From contig JAFQRV010000007.1 of assembly GCA_017409905.1 (NCBI GenBank), positions 28,346 to 92,345 of the forward strand: a DNA stretch of 64,000 nucleotides, given 5' to 3'. Positions 47,097 through 55,402 of this stretch are shown here, in pieces. The notes beneath the pieces were generated by a model. It saw only the letters and a list, made by a program, of their open reading frames with translations, was not told where the DNA came from and made no database searches. Made by a program: the position numbers and the translations under genes. Each line of letters opens with the position of its first letter. Position 1 is the first letter of the stretch. The DNA comes from Bacilli bacterium (GTDB taxonomy: Bacteria; Bacillota_I; Bacilli_A; ML615J-28; CAG-313).

Positions 47097-48767
47097 ATGA
47101 AGAAAATTATAAAAATTTGCATTTTTTTATTAACTTTTGTCTTTCTTGTAGCATGTAGTTATAGTGGAGGAACTACTACCACCAAGATCACTTTAGATAC
47201 TCCTAAACTTACTATTGAAGACGGTAAGATTGTTTGGGAAAAAATAGAAAATGCTACTTATTATGAAATTTATTTAAATGGTAAAAAAGAGAAAGATACG
47301 CAAAAACAAATTTTTGATATGTTTTATCTTGAAGATGGAACATATGTAATAAAAGTTAGAGCTTGTAGTAATGATTCTAATTATGTTAAAAGTCAATTTA
47401 CTACAATTACTTATACAAAAACAACTATAAATAACGATGAAGAAGATGAAAACATAAATGATGAGAATAAAACGGGTGATGGTATTTATTCAGTATTTAT
47501 GATAAATGACACTCATGGCGCTTATGCCGATAATGGGTACGATCCGGGATTTGAAAAATTATCTAGTTTAATCAATGATTTAGAAAAAGAAAATGGAGAT
47601 ATTATTAAGATTGCTAATGGGGATTTATTCCAAGGTTCTTATGTATCTAATGTTTTATATGGAAAACCAATCTTTGAAGCAATGAATTATTTAGAATTTG
47701 ATGCTTTTGTTTTGGGAAATCATGATTTTGATTGGGGCTTAGATAAAGTTTATGCATATTATGATGGTGATATTTCCAATGGTGAAGCAAATTATCCTGT
47801 TTTAGGGGCTAATATTTATGATAAAACAACTAATAAAAGAGTTGAATGGATAGATCCATATACAATAGTAGAAGTAGATGGTGATAAGGTAGGTATTATT
47901 GGCATAATTGGATATGATTTGGAAAGTTCTATATTGGCTGAGAATGTTGCTGAATATGAATTTGTATATCCTTTAGAATTAATTAAAAGTTACGCAAAAG
48001 AACTAAGAGAAAAAGACTGTGATTCAGTAATAGTTAGCGTACATGATTTTGATTCAGATTTAAATAGTGAAATTGCAAATTTAACAGGAGAATTTAGAAT
48101 TGATGGTATCTTTTGTGGGCATACACATCAGAAAAAAGATAATTATTTAACTCGAACTGATGGAGTTGAAATACCTGTTGTTCAAAATTATGATAAAAAT
48201 GGTTGTGCAGTAAATGTTGTTTTTGATATAAATGAACAAACATATAATACAAGTTTTTATTATCCTCGAGATTATTTACCAAATTCTGAAGTTTTAGAAT
48301 TAATAGAAAATTATCAAGATTATATTGATAAAGGTAATGAAGTAATAGGATATACTAATTATAAGTTAAGTAAATCTGACCTTGGAAAAAATGCTGTTGA
48401 TGCAATGCAAGAAGAATTTAATGTTGATATCGCTATTATTAATACAGGAGGAATTAGGGAAACTTTATCTGCAGGTAATATTACTATTTCTAATGTCTTT
48501 GATGTTTTCCCTTTTAATAACAAAATAATTTTAACTGAATTAAAAGGTTCTGCGGTGAAGTCATTATATCAAAGAAATGGATCATATTTGTATTTTAATT
48601 CTTCATTCAATATTAATAATATTGATATATCAAAGACCTATAAGATAGCTGTAATAGATTATGTATTTACAGGTGTTTATTATTCAGAGTTTAAAAATGT
48701 TAAATATACTGATACTGAAGTTTTATTAAGAGATGTTTTTATAGGATATATTGAAGAAAACTATTAA
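47097..48767 (+). CDS. lipoprotein 5'-nucleotidase / metallophosphoesterase (UshA/YfkN-like) with N-terminal Fn3-like module
   Basis: Lipobox FLVAC. Calcineurin-like motifs MINDTHG, NGDLFQGS, GNHDFDWG, GHTH. C-terminal 5'-nucleotidase domain (INTGGIR...FPFNN). Confidence 0.8.
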   Translation: MKKIIKICIFLLTFVFLVACSYSGGTTTTKITLDTPKLTIEDGKIVWEKIENATYYEIYLNGKKEKDTQKQIFDMFYLEDGTYVIKVRACSNDSNYVKSQFTTITYTKTTINNDEEDENINDENKTGDGIYSVFMINDTHGAYADNGYDPGFEKLSSLINDLEKENGDIIKIANGDLFQGSYVSNVLYGKPIFEAMNYLEFDAFVLGNHDFDWGLDKVYAYYDGDISNGEANYPVLGANIYDKTTNKRVEWIDPYTIVEVDGDKVGIIGIIGYDLESSILAENVAEYEFVYPLELIKSYAKELREKDCDSVIVSVHDFDSDLNSEIANLTGEFRIDGIFCGHTHQKKDNYLTRTDGVEIPVVQNYDKNGCAVNVVFDINEQTYNTSFYYPRDYLPNSEVLELIENYQDYIDKGNEVIGYTNYKLSKSDLGKNAVDAMQEEFNVDIAIINTGGIRETLSAGNITISNVFDVFPFNNKIILTELKGSAVKSLYQRNGSYLYFNSSFNINNIDISKTYKIAVIDYVFTGVYYSEFKNVKYTDTEVLLRDVFIGYIEENY

Positions 48768-48780
48768 AAAACACATTAGT
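48766..48780. repeat. left copy of a 15-bp perfect inverted repeat flanking the IS
   Basis: AAAAAACACATTAGT; its exact reverse complement ACTAATGTGTTTTTT is at 50482-50496. Confidence 0.9.
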
Positions 48781-48857
48781 TTTTGATATGATGTCTCTAA
48801 AGTAGACAGTGAATAAAAATAAAATTATTCACTATTTACTTTGGAGGCATTTTTATT

Positions 48858-49559
48858 ATGGGTAGAAAAAATAAATATACAAAAGAAACAAAAATAAAAG
48901 CGATAAAAGAATATAATGAAGGCATTAAATCTGTAACTGAAATTTGTAATGAATTAAATTGTAATAAAAGAAATTTTCTAGATTGGGTTAATATGTTTAA
49001 TGTACATGGAGAAACTATTTTTGATGACAAAAAATCAAATAATACTTATACAAAAGAATTTAAAGAAAAAGTTGTAAGAGAATATTTGAGTGGAAAAGGA
49101 TCATTAAGAGATATACAAATAAAATACAAAATCTTAAGTACTGAAACATTAAGAAATTGGATTTTAAAGTATTATAATGGTATAATATTAGCAGACTATA
49201 AACCGATGCGTGAGGTGTATACAATGAAATCAAGAAAAGTATCTTATGAAGAAAGAATTGAAATAGTAAATTATTGTATATCAAATAATTATGACTATAA
49301 AACTACTGCCGACAAATATAGAGTTCCATATTTTCAAGTATACACATGGGCTCAAAAAGTCAAAACAAATGGTTATGACGGTTTAATACTAAAAAAGAAA
49401 GGACCTAAATCAAAGTACCTAGTAGAACCAAAAACGCCTGAAGAATTATTAGAACTTGAAAATGAAAGATTAAAAAGAGAAAATGAACGTCTTCAATTAG
49501 AACTTGAAGTTCTAAAAAAAAAGCATCGTTTACAAAAACGAGCCAATACTCAAAGATAA
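48858..49559 (+). CDS. IS3-family transposase OrfA (HTH domains plus leucine-zipper-like C-terminus)
   Basis: RBS GGAGG. HTH-rich sequence ending in LLELENERLKRENERLQLELEVLKKK. Confidence 0.85.
   Translation: MGRKNKYTKETKIKAIKEYNEGIKSVTEICNELNCNKRNFLDWVNMFNVHGETIFDDKKSNNTYTKEFKEKVVREYLSGKGSLRDIQIKYKILSTETLRNWILKYYNGIILADYKPMREVYTMKSRKVSYEERIEIVNYCISNNYDYKTTADKYRVPYFQVYTWAQKVKTNGYDGLILKKKGPKSKYLVEPKTPEELLELENERLKRENERLQLELEVLKKKHRLQKRANTQR
49514..49523 (+). promoter_or_regulatory. programmed -1 ribosomal frameshift site A AAA AAA AAG
   Basis: A-run at 49514-49522 followed by G, in the orfA/orfB overlap. I translated the -1 frame by hand and it is open from here (KKKASFTKTSQYSKIKLEEYYLTVDYFSNLGYKIQIICEILGLNRSSYYKWKNR...). 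Confidence 0.7.
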
Positions 49560-50434
49560 AATTAGAAGAATACTACTTAACAGTAGATTATTTTTCCAAT
49601 TTAGGATATAAAATTCAAATAATATGTGAAATACTAGGGCTAAATAGAAGTTCATACTATAAATGGAAAAACAGAATTGTTCCTAAAAAAGAAAATGTAG
49701 ATCGTGAACTAAGCGAATTAATCGTAGAATATGATTGTTCATATAATCATATTTTAGGATATCGCAGAATGACAATGTATATTAATCGTCTAAACAACAC
49801 TAATTATTCATGGAAATATATTAGAAGACTTATGAGAAAATTAAACATCAAATCAAAAATAAGACGTAAGCGATATAATTATATAAAAGTACACCCTGAA
49901 CAAGTAGGAGAAAATATTTTATCTAGAGATTTTACATCAAATTATCCTAATGAGAAATGGTTAACTGATATTACTGAATTTAAGGTAATAGGACAAAAAC
50001 AAAAATTATACTTATGTTCAATTTTAGATTTATTTGATAAATCTATTGTCGCACATACAATATCTTTTAGAAATGATAATAAAATAGTATTTGATACATT
50101 TGAGAAAGCTATATCGTTAAATCCAACAGCTAAACCAATATTTCATAGTGATAGAGGGTTCCAATTTACGTCAAAAATATTTAAATTTAAATTAGATAAT
50201 CAGGGAATGATACAAAGCATGTCTAGAGTTGGAAAATGTATTGATAATGGGCCTATGGAAGCCTTTTGGGGAACAATAAAGTCAAAAATGTATTATGTAA
50301 ATAAATTTTATTCAATAGAAAATTTAACTACTTCTATAGAACAATATATTGAATTTTATAATAACAAAAGATTTCAAGCCAAATTAAAATGCTTGGCTCC
50401 GATAGAATATCGAAACCAAGCATTATTGGCATAA
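49514..50434 (+). CDS. IS3-family transposase OrfB (DDE integrase core), expressed as an OrfAB fusion by -1 frameshift
   Basis: Frame is -1 relative to orfA. DDE motifs WLTDITEF, FHSDRGFQFTS, DNGPMEAFWGTIKSKMY. The ORF-track entry 49769-50434 is only the part after an internal Met. Confidence 0.8.
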   Translation, partial: KKKASFTKTSQYSKIKLEEYYLTVDYFSNLGYKIQIICEILGLNRSSYYKWKNRIVPKKENVDRELSELIVEYDCSYNHILGYRRMTMYINRLNNTNYSWKYIRRLMRKLNIKSKIRRKRYNYIKVHPEQVGENILSRDFTSNYPNEKWLTDITEFKVIGQKQKLYLCSILDLFDKSIVAHTISFRNDNKIVFDTFEKAISLNPTAKPIFHSDRGFQFTSKIFKFKLDNQGMIQSMSRVGKCIDNGPMEAFWGTIKSKMYYVNKFYSIENLTTSIEQYIEFYNNKRFQAKLKCLAPIEYRNQALLA

Positions 50435-50469
50435 TTTTTTATTTTTATTAACTGTCTACTTGACAGACA

Positions 50470-51234
50470 TCAGTTCATTTTACTAATGTGTTTTTTTTCA
50501 ATATATTTAAAAATTTTTTTAATTAAATGATAAAGTCCGTAAACAATCCAATATGCTAAAATACCTTCTCCTATAAATACTAATAACATATAAAGAAAAT
50601 GAGATTTGTTTCTAATATTCATGAGAATAGTTGATGAATCAGTACCAGCTAAAAATAAAGCATTGTTTCCGTGATATTTATTTAGGTATATCCCTATAAG
50701 TGAGAAGAATATAATAAAAACGATATAGTTTATAAAATATTTTACTTTTGGAATAAATATGCCTTTAAATAGAATTAATAAACCTGTAAACAACATAATG
50801 AAATGATAAAGTATACCATGTATTGTTTTGATGTGGTAGATTGGAAAAAGATCAATCGAACCATTTGGAATAAAAATATAAAATATTGCTCCTATAATGG
50901 CGCCTGTTCCTAAATATGCTAAGCCAGTGTTGGATAGGTGTTTATTTTTAAAGTGCCATAGTACAAAAGCATACATAAAGAGAGTACAAAAAGATAATTG
51001 AACACTCAAAATTGGTATTTGGTTTACAGTGACATTAAAATGAAGCTTGATTAATTCTGCAATTATACAAAATATTCCACAAGAATTTATAATAATTTTT
51101 GTTGTCTTTTCAGATAACTTAGACGCTAAAAAAGCTAATATTGTTGCTAGAAGAATGTAAACAAAAATAATAATATAATGGATATAATTAAATAAACCAA
51201 TTACTTCATCGGGAGAGAAGTCATTATCAAACAA
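50470..51234 (-). CDS. multi-pass integral membrane protein (possibly YwaF/TP0381-type), 3' end abutting the IS
   Basis: Likely TTG start at 51234, 6 nt after AGGAGGTG; the track ATG at 51279 has no SD. Seven to eight hydrophobic helices. The TGA stop (50470-50472) is formed by the last 3 nt of the IS right end. Confidence 0.5.
   Translation of the reverse strand: MFDNDFSPDEVIGLFNYIHYIIIFVYILLATILAFLASKLSEKTTKIIINSCGIFCIIAELIKLHFNVTVNQIPILSVQLSFCTLFMYAFVLWHFKNKHLSNTGLAYLGTGAIIGAIFYIFIPNGSIDLFPIYHIKTIHGILYHFIMLFTGLLILFKGIFIPKVKYFINYIVFIIFFSLIGIYLNKYHGNNALFLAGTDSSTILMNIRNKSHFLYMLLVFIGEGILAYWIVYGLYHLIKKIFKYIEKKHISKMN
50482..50496. repeat. right copy of the 15-bp inverted repeat flanking the IS
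   Basis: ACTAATGTGTTTTTT, 9 nt outside the right IS end. The left copy lies 8 nt outside the left end. Confidence 0.9.
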
Positions 51235-51290
51235 AAAAAAACACCTCCTAATAATAAAAAAATGATCAGTTACGATCATCTTTAATAAGA

Positions 51291-51366
51291 TGGTACACCC
51301 TCAGGGACTCGAACCCTGGACCCACTGATTAAGAGTCAGTTGCTCTACCAACTGAGCTAAGGGTGC
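51291..51366 (-). tRNA. tRNA-Lys (anticodon CTT)
   Basis: Reverse complement GCACCCTTAGCTCAGTTGGTAGAGCAACTGACTCTTAATCAGTGGGTCCAGGGTTCGAGTCCCTGAGGGTGTACCA. Anticodon stem ACTGA/TCAGT, loop CTCTTAA, T-stem CAGGG/CCCTG, encoded CCA. The first acceptor pair is G1-U72. Confidence 0.88.
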
Positions 51367-51452
51367 ATATAGCATTATTATTATATAATATTTTTTAAAA
51401 AAAGTAAAGGTAAATGATAAGAATTAATTTAAGAGAAATGGAAAAAATAATA

Positions 51453-51481
51453 TTGCAAAAATAGTTAAAATGTGTTATAAT
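51453..51481 (+). promoter_or_regulatory. promoter of the cvpA-like gene
   Basis: TTGCAA, 17 nt, TATAAT with a TGTG extension. Confidence 0.6.
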
Positions 51482-51504
51482 GTATGAAAAAGGAGGTAAT
51501 GTTT

Positions 51505-52224
51505 ATGGATGTTGTAAGTATTTGTATTATTGCTTTTTTTGTAATTTTTATGTTACTAGGATATATTAAAGGTTTCTTAGGTATACTTTTAAACGTATGT
51601 AAAGGTGTTGCTACAATTATTATTGCTTATTTCTTGTCAAAACCTTTTGGAGATCTTTTATATAAAATGGGGTTAGGTAATTTAATCGGTGGAAAATTGG
51701 AAACAACATTAGCAAATGTTACCCCGTTAGCAAATGAAGTGATTACAAGTGAAACTCAAAAAGAAGTGTTTTCTAATGCATTAACAGAAATGAAGATTCC
51801 TGAATTTTTACATGAAATTATAACTAATTTAATTGGTAAGAATTCTTTCACTAATGGAGAAACTTTAGGTCATTATGTTGGAAATGCAATTGCATCTATC
51901 GCTTGTGCTTTTATTGGTTTTGTTGTTTTAATTTTGGCTTTAAATATTGTTTTATTTATATTTAGAAAGATCTTTAAGAGTATTAATAAGATGCCAGTTT
52001 TTGGTCAATTGAACCGTATTTTAGGTTTGGTTGTTAACTTTTTATATGCTTGGATGATAATTTCAGTTTTGTTCTGGGCTGTTGCATTAGTTTCAACTTT
52101 TATTCCTGAAGTTGGAGAATTTGTAGCAAATGTCTTTAAGCTAAATCAAGAACCAATGACTATTGCTAGATGGTTATATGAACATAATTTAGCTACCATG
52201 ATATATAAACATTTTGTAAAGTAA
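51505..52224 (+). CDS. cvpA: CvpA-family membrane protein
   Basis: ATG at 51505, 8 nt after AGGAGG. N-terminus MDVVSICIIAFFVIFMLLGYIKGFLG is the typical CvpA start. Four TM helices. Confidence 0.6.
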   Translation: MDVVSICIIAFFVIFMLLGYIKGFLGILLNVCKGVATIIIAYFLSKPFGDLLYKMGLGNLIGGKLETTLANVTPLANEVITSETQKEVFSNALTEMKIPEFLHEIITNLIGKNSFTNGETLGHYVGNAIASIACAFIGFVVLILALNIVLFIFRKIFKSINKMPVFGQLNRILGLVVNFLYAWMIISVLFWAVALVSTFIPEVGEFVANVFKLNQEPMTIARWLYEHNLATMIYKHFVK

Positions 52225-52248
52225 AAAAAAGGCCATAGGCCTTTTTTT
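52223..52248. terminator. bidirectional intrinsic terminator
   Basis: A8, GGCC ATA GGCC, T7. Confidence 0.8.
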
Positions 52249-52249
52249 A

Positions 52250-52501
52250 TTAACAATAACATTCTTCAAATTTATTTTGTACATTTGTAATTTCAGTTTG
52301 ATTAACTTGCGTTACTTGATAAAAACCACAATCTTCCATGCATTTATAAATTTGATGTTGCATTTCAACAGCGCTTTCTAAAGCATCGCTAAAGGCGTCG
52401 AAAACCTCATCAGTTGATGCTTCGGTTGAAGCGTGCAATAATAGTGTTGTTAAATTTTTAGATAAATTTAAAAGATTTTCATAAACTTCTTTATCTTGCA
52501 T
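52250..52501 (-). CDS. CotF-domain (spore coat protein F-like) small helical protein
   Basis: 83 aa; [37 protein letters not shown]...VEMQHQIYKCMEDCGFYQV...ITNVQNKF matches the Coat_F pattern as I recall it. Confidence 0.5.
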   Translation of the reverse strand: MQDKEVYENLLNLSKNLTTLLLHASTEASTDEVFDAFSDALESAVEMQHQIYKCMEDCGFYQVTQVNQTEITNVQNKFEECYC

Positions 52502-52511
52502 ATTTTTCCTC

Positions 52512-52688
52512 CTAATTAATTAAATCATAAAGATTATTATAAATTTCTGTTGCCCATTCTTCAAAGTTTTTAGCTTCTTTTTTTAAAGCAGAGTCTTTTA
52601 TAGAACTTGATGCTTCATTGAATTTATTTTTAATAAATTGACAATGATTTAGAGCATCTTCTAAATAAAGTAATTCTTTTTGTGTCAT
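52512..52688 (-). CDS. 58-aa helical protein not in the ORF track (first gene of the CotF-like pair)
   Basis: Hand translation: MTQKELLYLEDALNHCQFIKNKFNEASSSIKDSALKKEAKNFEEWATEIYNNLYDLIN*. Strong RBS AAGGAGGA 6 nt upstream. The stop lies 10 nt before the next gene's ATG. Confidence 0.45.
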   Translation of the reverse strand: MTQKELLYLEDALNHCQFIKNKFNEASSSIKDSALKKEAKNFEEWATEIYNNLYDLIN

Positions 52689-52816
52689 AAGTCCTCCTTG
52701 TAAAATAAATATGTTTTACGTAAATATTATGTGAATAAAAGTTAAAAATATACTTTTCAATGTTGAAAAAAATATTGTTATATGATATAATAATAATGAA
52801 GAAGAGGTGTAGTAAA

Positions 52817-53965
52817 ATGAAAGGTTTTAAAAATGCTAAAATATATGTAGAAGGTAAAGGAATAATTGAAACTACTTTGGCTGTTGAAGGGGAAAGGGTT
52901 TATTCTATTGGGGAAGATAGAGAAGTTGAAGAATATTGTAAGCTTCAAGAAGGCTGGATAGTTGTTCCTGGATTTATTGACCAACATATTCATGGTGCAT
53001 TAGGAAGTGATGCAATGGATGGTACCATTGAAGATATTGCAAGAATGTCACAAGCTGTAGCAAAAGAGGGTACAACATGTTATTTACCAACAACAATGAC
53101 TCAAAGTGTTGAAAATATTTGTACTGCATTAAAATCTATAAAAGATTATATGGATGAAAAAAGAACCGAAGGTTCTAAGGTATTAGGTGTTCATTTGGAA
53201 GGACCTTATATTTCTCCTAACTTTATAGGAGCTCAACCTGAAGAATATATTCAAAAACCTTCTGTTGAAAGTTTTAAAAAGTATGAAGAAGTAAGTGGAA
53301 ATAATATTCGTATAGTTAGTTTAGCTCCTGAAGAAGAAGGAAGCGAAGAATTAATTAAGTATTTAGTTGAAAAGGGAATATTAGTATCATTAGGTCATAC
53401 TAATTCTAAATATTCAGATGTAGAAAAAGCTTTTGCAGCGGGTGCGCGTAATGTTACTCATACATTTAATGCCCAAAAACCATTACATCATAGAGAAATT
53501 GGAACAGTAGGAAGTGCATTATTAATCGATGAATTAAATTGTGAATTAATTTGTGATACTATTCACGTAAGTGTTCCTGCTATTCGTTTGGTAATTAAAT
53601 CTAAACCAGCTGATAAAGTCACTCTTATTACTGATTCTATGCGTGCTAAACATTTGTCTGATGGTGAATATGAACTTGGTGGACAACCTGTTATTGTAAA
53701 AGATGGTGAAGCTCGTTTGATTAATGGCACATTGGCAGGTAGTGTTTTAAAAATGAATCACGCCGTTAGAAATGTTCATAAATTGGCTGGTATTGAATTA
53801 ACTAAGGTTTTAGATATGGCAAGTATTAATCCGGCAAGAAATATTGGCGTTGATAAAGAACGTGGAAGTATTAAAGTAGGTAAATATGCTGACTTTGTTG
53901 TTTTAGATGAAGAATTTGAAGTTGTAATGACTATCAGAGATGGTAATGTAATTTATAAAAGATAA
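52817..53965 (+). CDS. nagA: N-acetylglucosamine-6-phosphate deacetylase
   Basis: ATG at 52817 after AGAGGTG. PGFIDQHIHG, HLEGPYIS, SLGHTN, HTFNAQ, GSIKVGKYADFVVLD. Confidence 0.88.
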   Translation: MKGFKNAKIYVEGKGIIETTLAVEGERVYSIGEDREVEEYCKLQEGWIVVPGFIDQHIHGALGSDAMDGTIEDIARMSQAVAKEGTTCYLPTTMTQSVENICTALKSIKDYMDEKRTEGSKVLGVHLEGPYISPNFIGAQPEEYIQKPSVESFKKYEEVSGNNIRIVSLAPEEEGSEELIKYLVEKGILVSLGHTNSKYSDVEKAFAAGARNVTHTFNAQKPLHHREIGTVGSALLIDELNCELICDTIHVSVPAIRLVIKSKPADKVTLITDSMRAKHLSDGEYELGGQPVIVKDGEARLINGTLAGSVLKMNHAVRNVHKLAGIELTKVLDMASINPARNIGVDKERGSIKVGKYADFVVLDEEFEVVMTIRDGNVIYKR

Positions 53966-53983
53966 ACTTTTTAGGAGGTTTTA

Positions 53984-54637
53984 ATGAAAAATAGTAAAAA
54001 ATATTCTGCGATAATTGCGTTAATTATTTTAGCCGCAATAGACGCTATAATAATTATTTTAACTAAAAAAGGTGAGTATGATCCTCAATTTTGGGTAGGA
54101 TTTGCTTTTATACAAGCTTCATTTTTGGCTTATATTATTAGTAAATTATTTATTAAAGATACAACAGAGGAAAGGGGAATTAGACCTCTTGACACAGTAT
54201 TATTTTTAATTATTGCTGTAATGATTATAATGGGGTTGATTGCCTTTTTAGCTCCTTATAAAAATGGAATTTTTAAAACTTTAATAGTATTTTATATTAT
54301 TATTACTGCGTTAGGCTCTGTTGTTGCTGTATTAGCCTGTTTAAATAAAAAAGTAATTGAAAATGCAACCATAGTAAAACCTAGAATATTTAATCAAAAT
54401 AATTTAATAGAAGTTTTAGAAGAAACAAAGAGATTTATTAATGATGATGAATTGAAAGGACAAGTGCAATCAATTATCGATAAAATTAATGGATTGAATA
54501 TTGATATTACTTCATTAAAAGGAAAACAACTAGTTGAGTATTCACAATTTATGTATAAAAATGCTACTCGTCAAGAAGTGGATAATTTATATAATAATAT
54601 AAATAAAGTTAATGAAATTTTAAATGAATTAATGTAA
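53984..54637 (+). CDS. membrane protein of unknown function (four TM helices plus a coiled-coil-like C-terminus)
   Basis: RBS AGGAGG. Hydrophobic N-terminal 125 aa, then a helical polar tail. Confidence 0.5.
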   Translation: MKNSKKYSAIIALIILAAIDAIIIILTKKGEYDPQFWVGFAFIQASFLAYIISKLFIKDTTEERGIRPLDTVLFLIIAVMIIMGLIAFLAPYKNGIFKTLIVFYIIITALGSVVAVLACLNKKVIENATIVKPRIFNQNNLIEVLEETKRFINDDELKGQVQSIIDKINGLNIDITSLKGKQLVEYSQFMYKNATRQEVDNLYNNINKVNEILNELM

Positions 54638-54688
54638 AAAAATAGGTAGTTAAGAGATACTCTTTCTACCTTTTAATATGAGGTGTTT

Positions 54689-55402
54689 ATGCTTGAAATA
54701 AAAAATTATTCTTTTATCTATCCAAATGGAAAAAAAGCAGTAAATAATTTGAGTTTAGAAATAAAAAGTGGTGATCTTTTTGCTTTTATTGGTCATAACG
54801 GAGCAGGAAAAACTACTACTATCAAGTCAATTGTAGGTATTTTGGATTTTACTGATGGAGATATTGTGGTTGACGGAGTTTCTGTAAAAGAAAATACAAT
54901 TAAATGTAAAAAAGAGATGGCGTATGTTCCGGACAATCCTGATTTATATAATTCATTAACAGGAATACAATATTTAAATTTTATTGGTGATATTTATAGA
55001 ATTTCTGTTAATGATCGTAAAGAAAAAATTGAATATTATGCACATCAATTCGAACTTTATGATGATTTGAAAAGTTCAATATCTTCTTATTCTCATGGTA
55101 TGAAACAAAAACTAGCATTAATTGCCGCTTTTATGCATAGTCCTAAATTGCTAGTAATGGATGAACCATTTGTTGGATTAGATCCGAAGGCTACATATAT
55201 TGTTAAACAAATGATGAAAGAATTTTGTGAAAATGGCGGAGCAATATTCTTTTCTACACATATTCTTGAAGTTGCTCAAAAACTATGTAATAAGATTGCT
55301 ATTATCAAAGAAGGCAAGTTAATTGTTCAAGGAGATATGGAAGAAATAACTAAAGATAATTCATTAGAAGATGTATTTATGGAGTTAATAGAAGATGTAT
55401 AA
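54689..55402 (+). CDS. ABC-2 type transporter ATP-binding protein
   Basis: Walker A GHNGAGKTTTIK, signature YSHGMKQKLALIAAF, Walker B LLVMDEPFVGLD. Confidence 0.85.
   Translation: MLEIKNYSFIYPNGKKAVNNLSLEIKSGDLFAFIGHNGAGKTTTIKSIVGILDFTDGDIVVDGVSVKENTIKCKKEMAYVPDNPDLYNSLTGIQYLNFIGDIYRISVNDRKEKIEYYAHQFELYDDLKSSISSYSHGMKQKLALIAAFMHSPKLLVMDEPFVGLDPKATYIVKQMMKEFCENGGAIFFSTHILEVAQKLCNKIAIIKEGKLIVQGDMEEITKDNSLEDVFMELIEDV

Larger units (their letters stand above)
48789..50472 (+). mobile_element. IS3-family insertion sequence (1684 bp), apparently intact
   Basis: Terminal inverted repeats TGATGTCTCTAAAGTAGACAGTGAATAAAAATAAAA (48789-48824) and, as reverse complement of 50437-50472, TGATGTCTGTCAAGTAGACAGTTAATAAAAATAAAA: 33 of 36 identical, with TG...CA ends. 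orfA and orfB are in the 0/-1 arrangement with an A7G slippery site. Confidence 0.85.

Noticed and set aside
48786-50475. 3-4 bp target-site duplication for the IS
   Set aside because: The flanking triplets are ATA and GTT. No direct repeat is found at offsets of 2-9 bp from the TG/CA ends.
51250-51280. Short palindrome TGATC-AGTTAC-GATCA between tRNA-Lys and the membrane-protein gene as a terminator
   Set aside because: It has only a 5-bp stem and no T-run, so it is probably insignificant. The tRNA and the downstream gene may be co-transcribed.
52689-52760. Mother-cell (SigK/SigE-type) promoter for the CotF-like pair
   Set aside because: A CATAATAT-like stretch exists on the minus strand, but in DNA this AT-rich the match is not discriminating. 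It cannot be supported without expression data.
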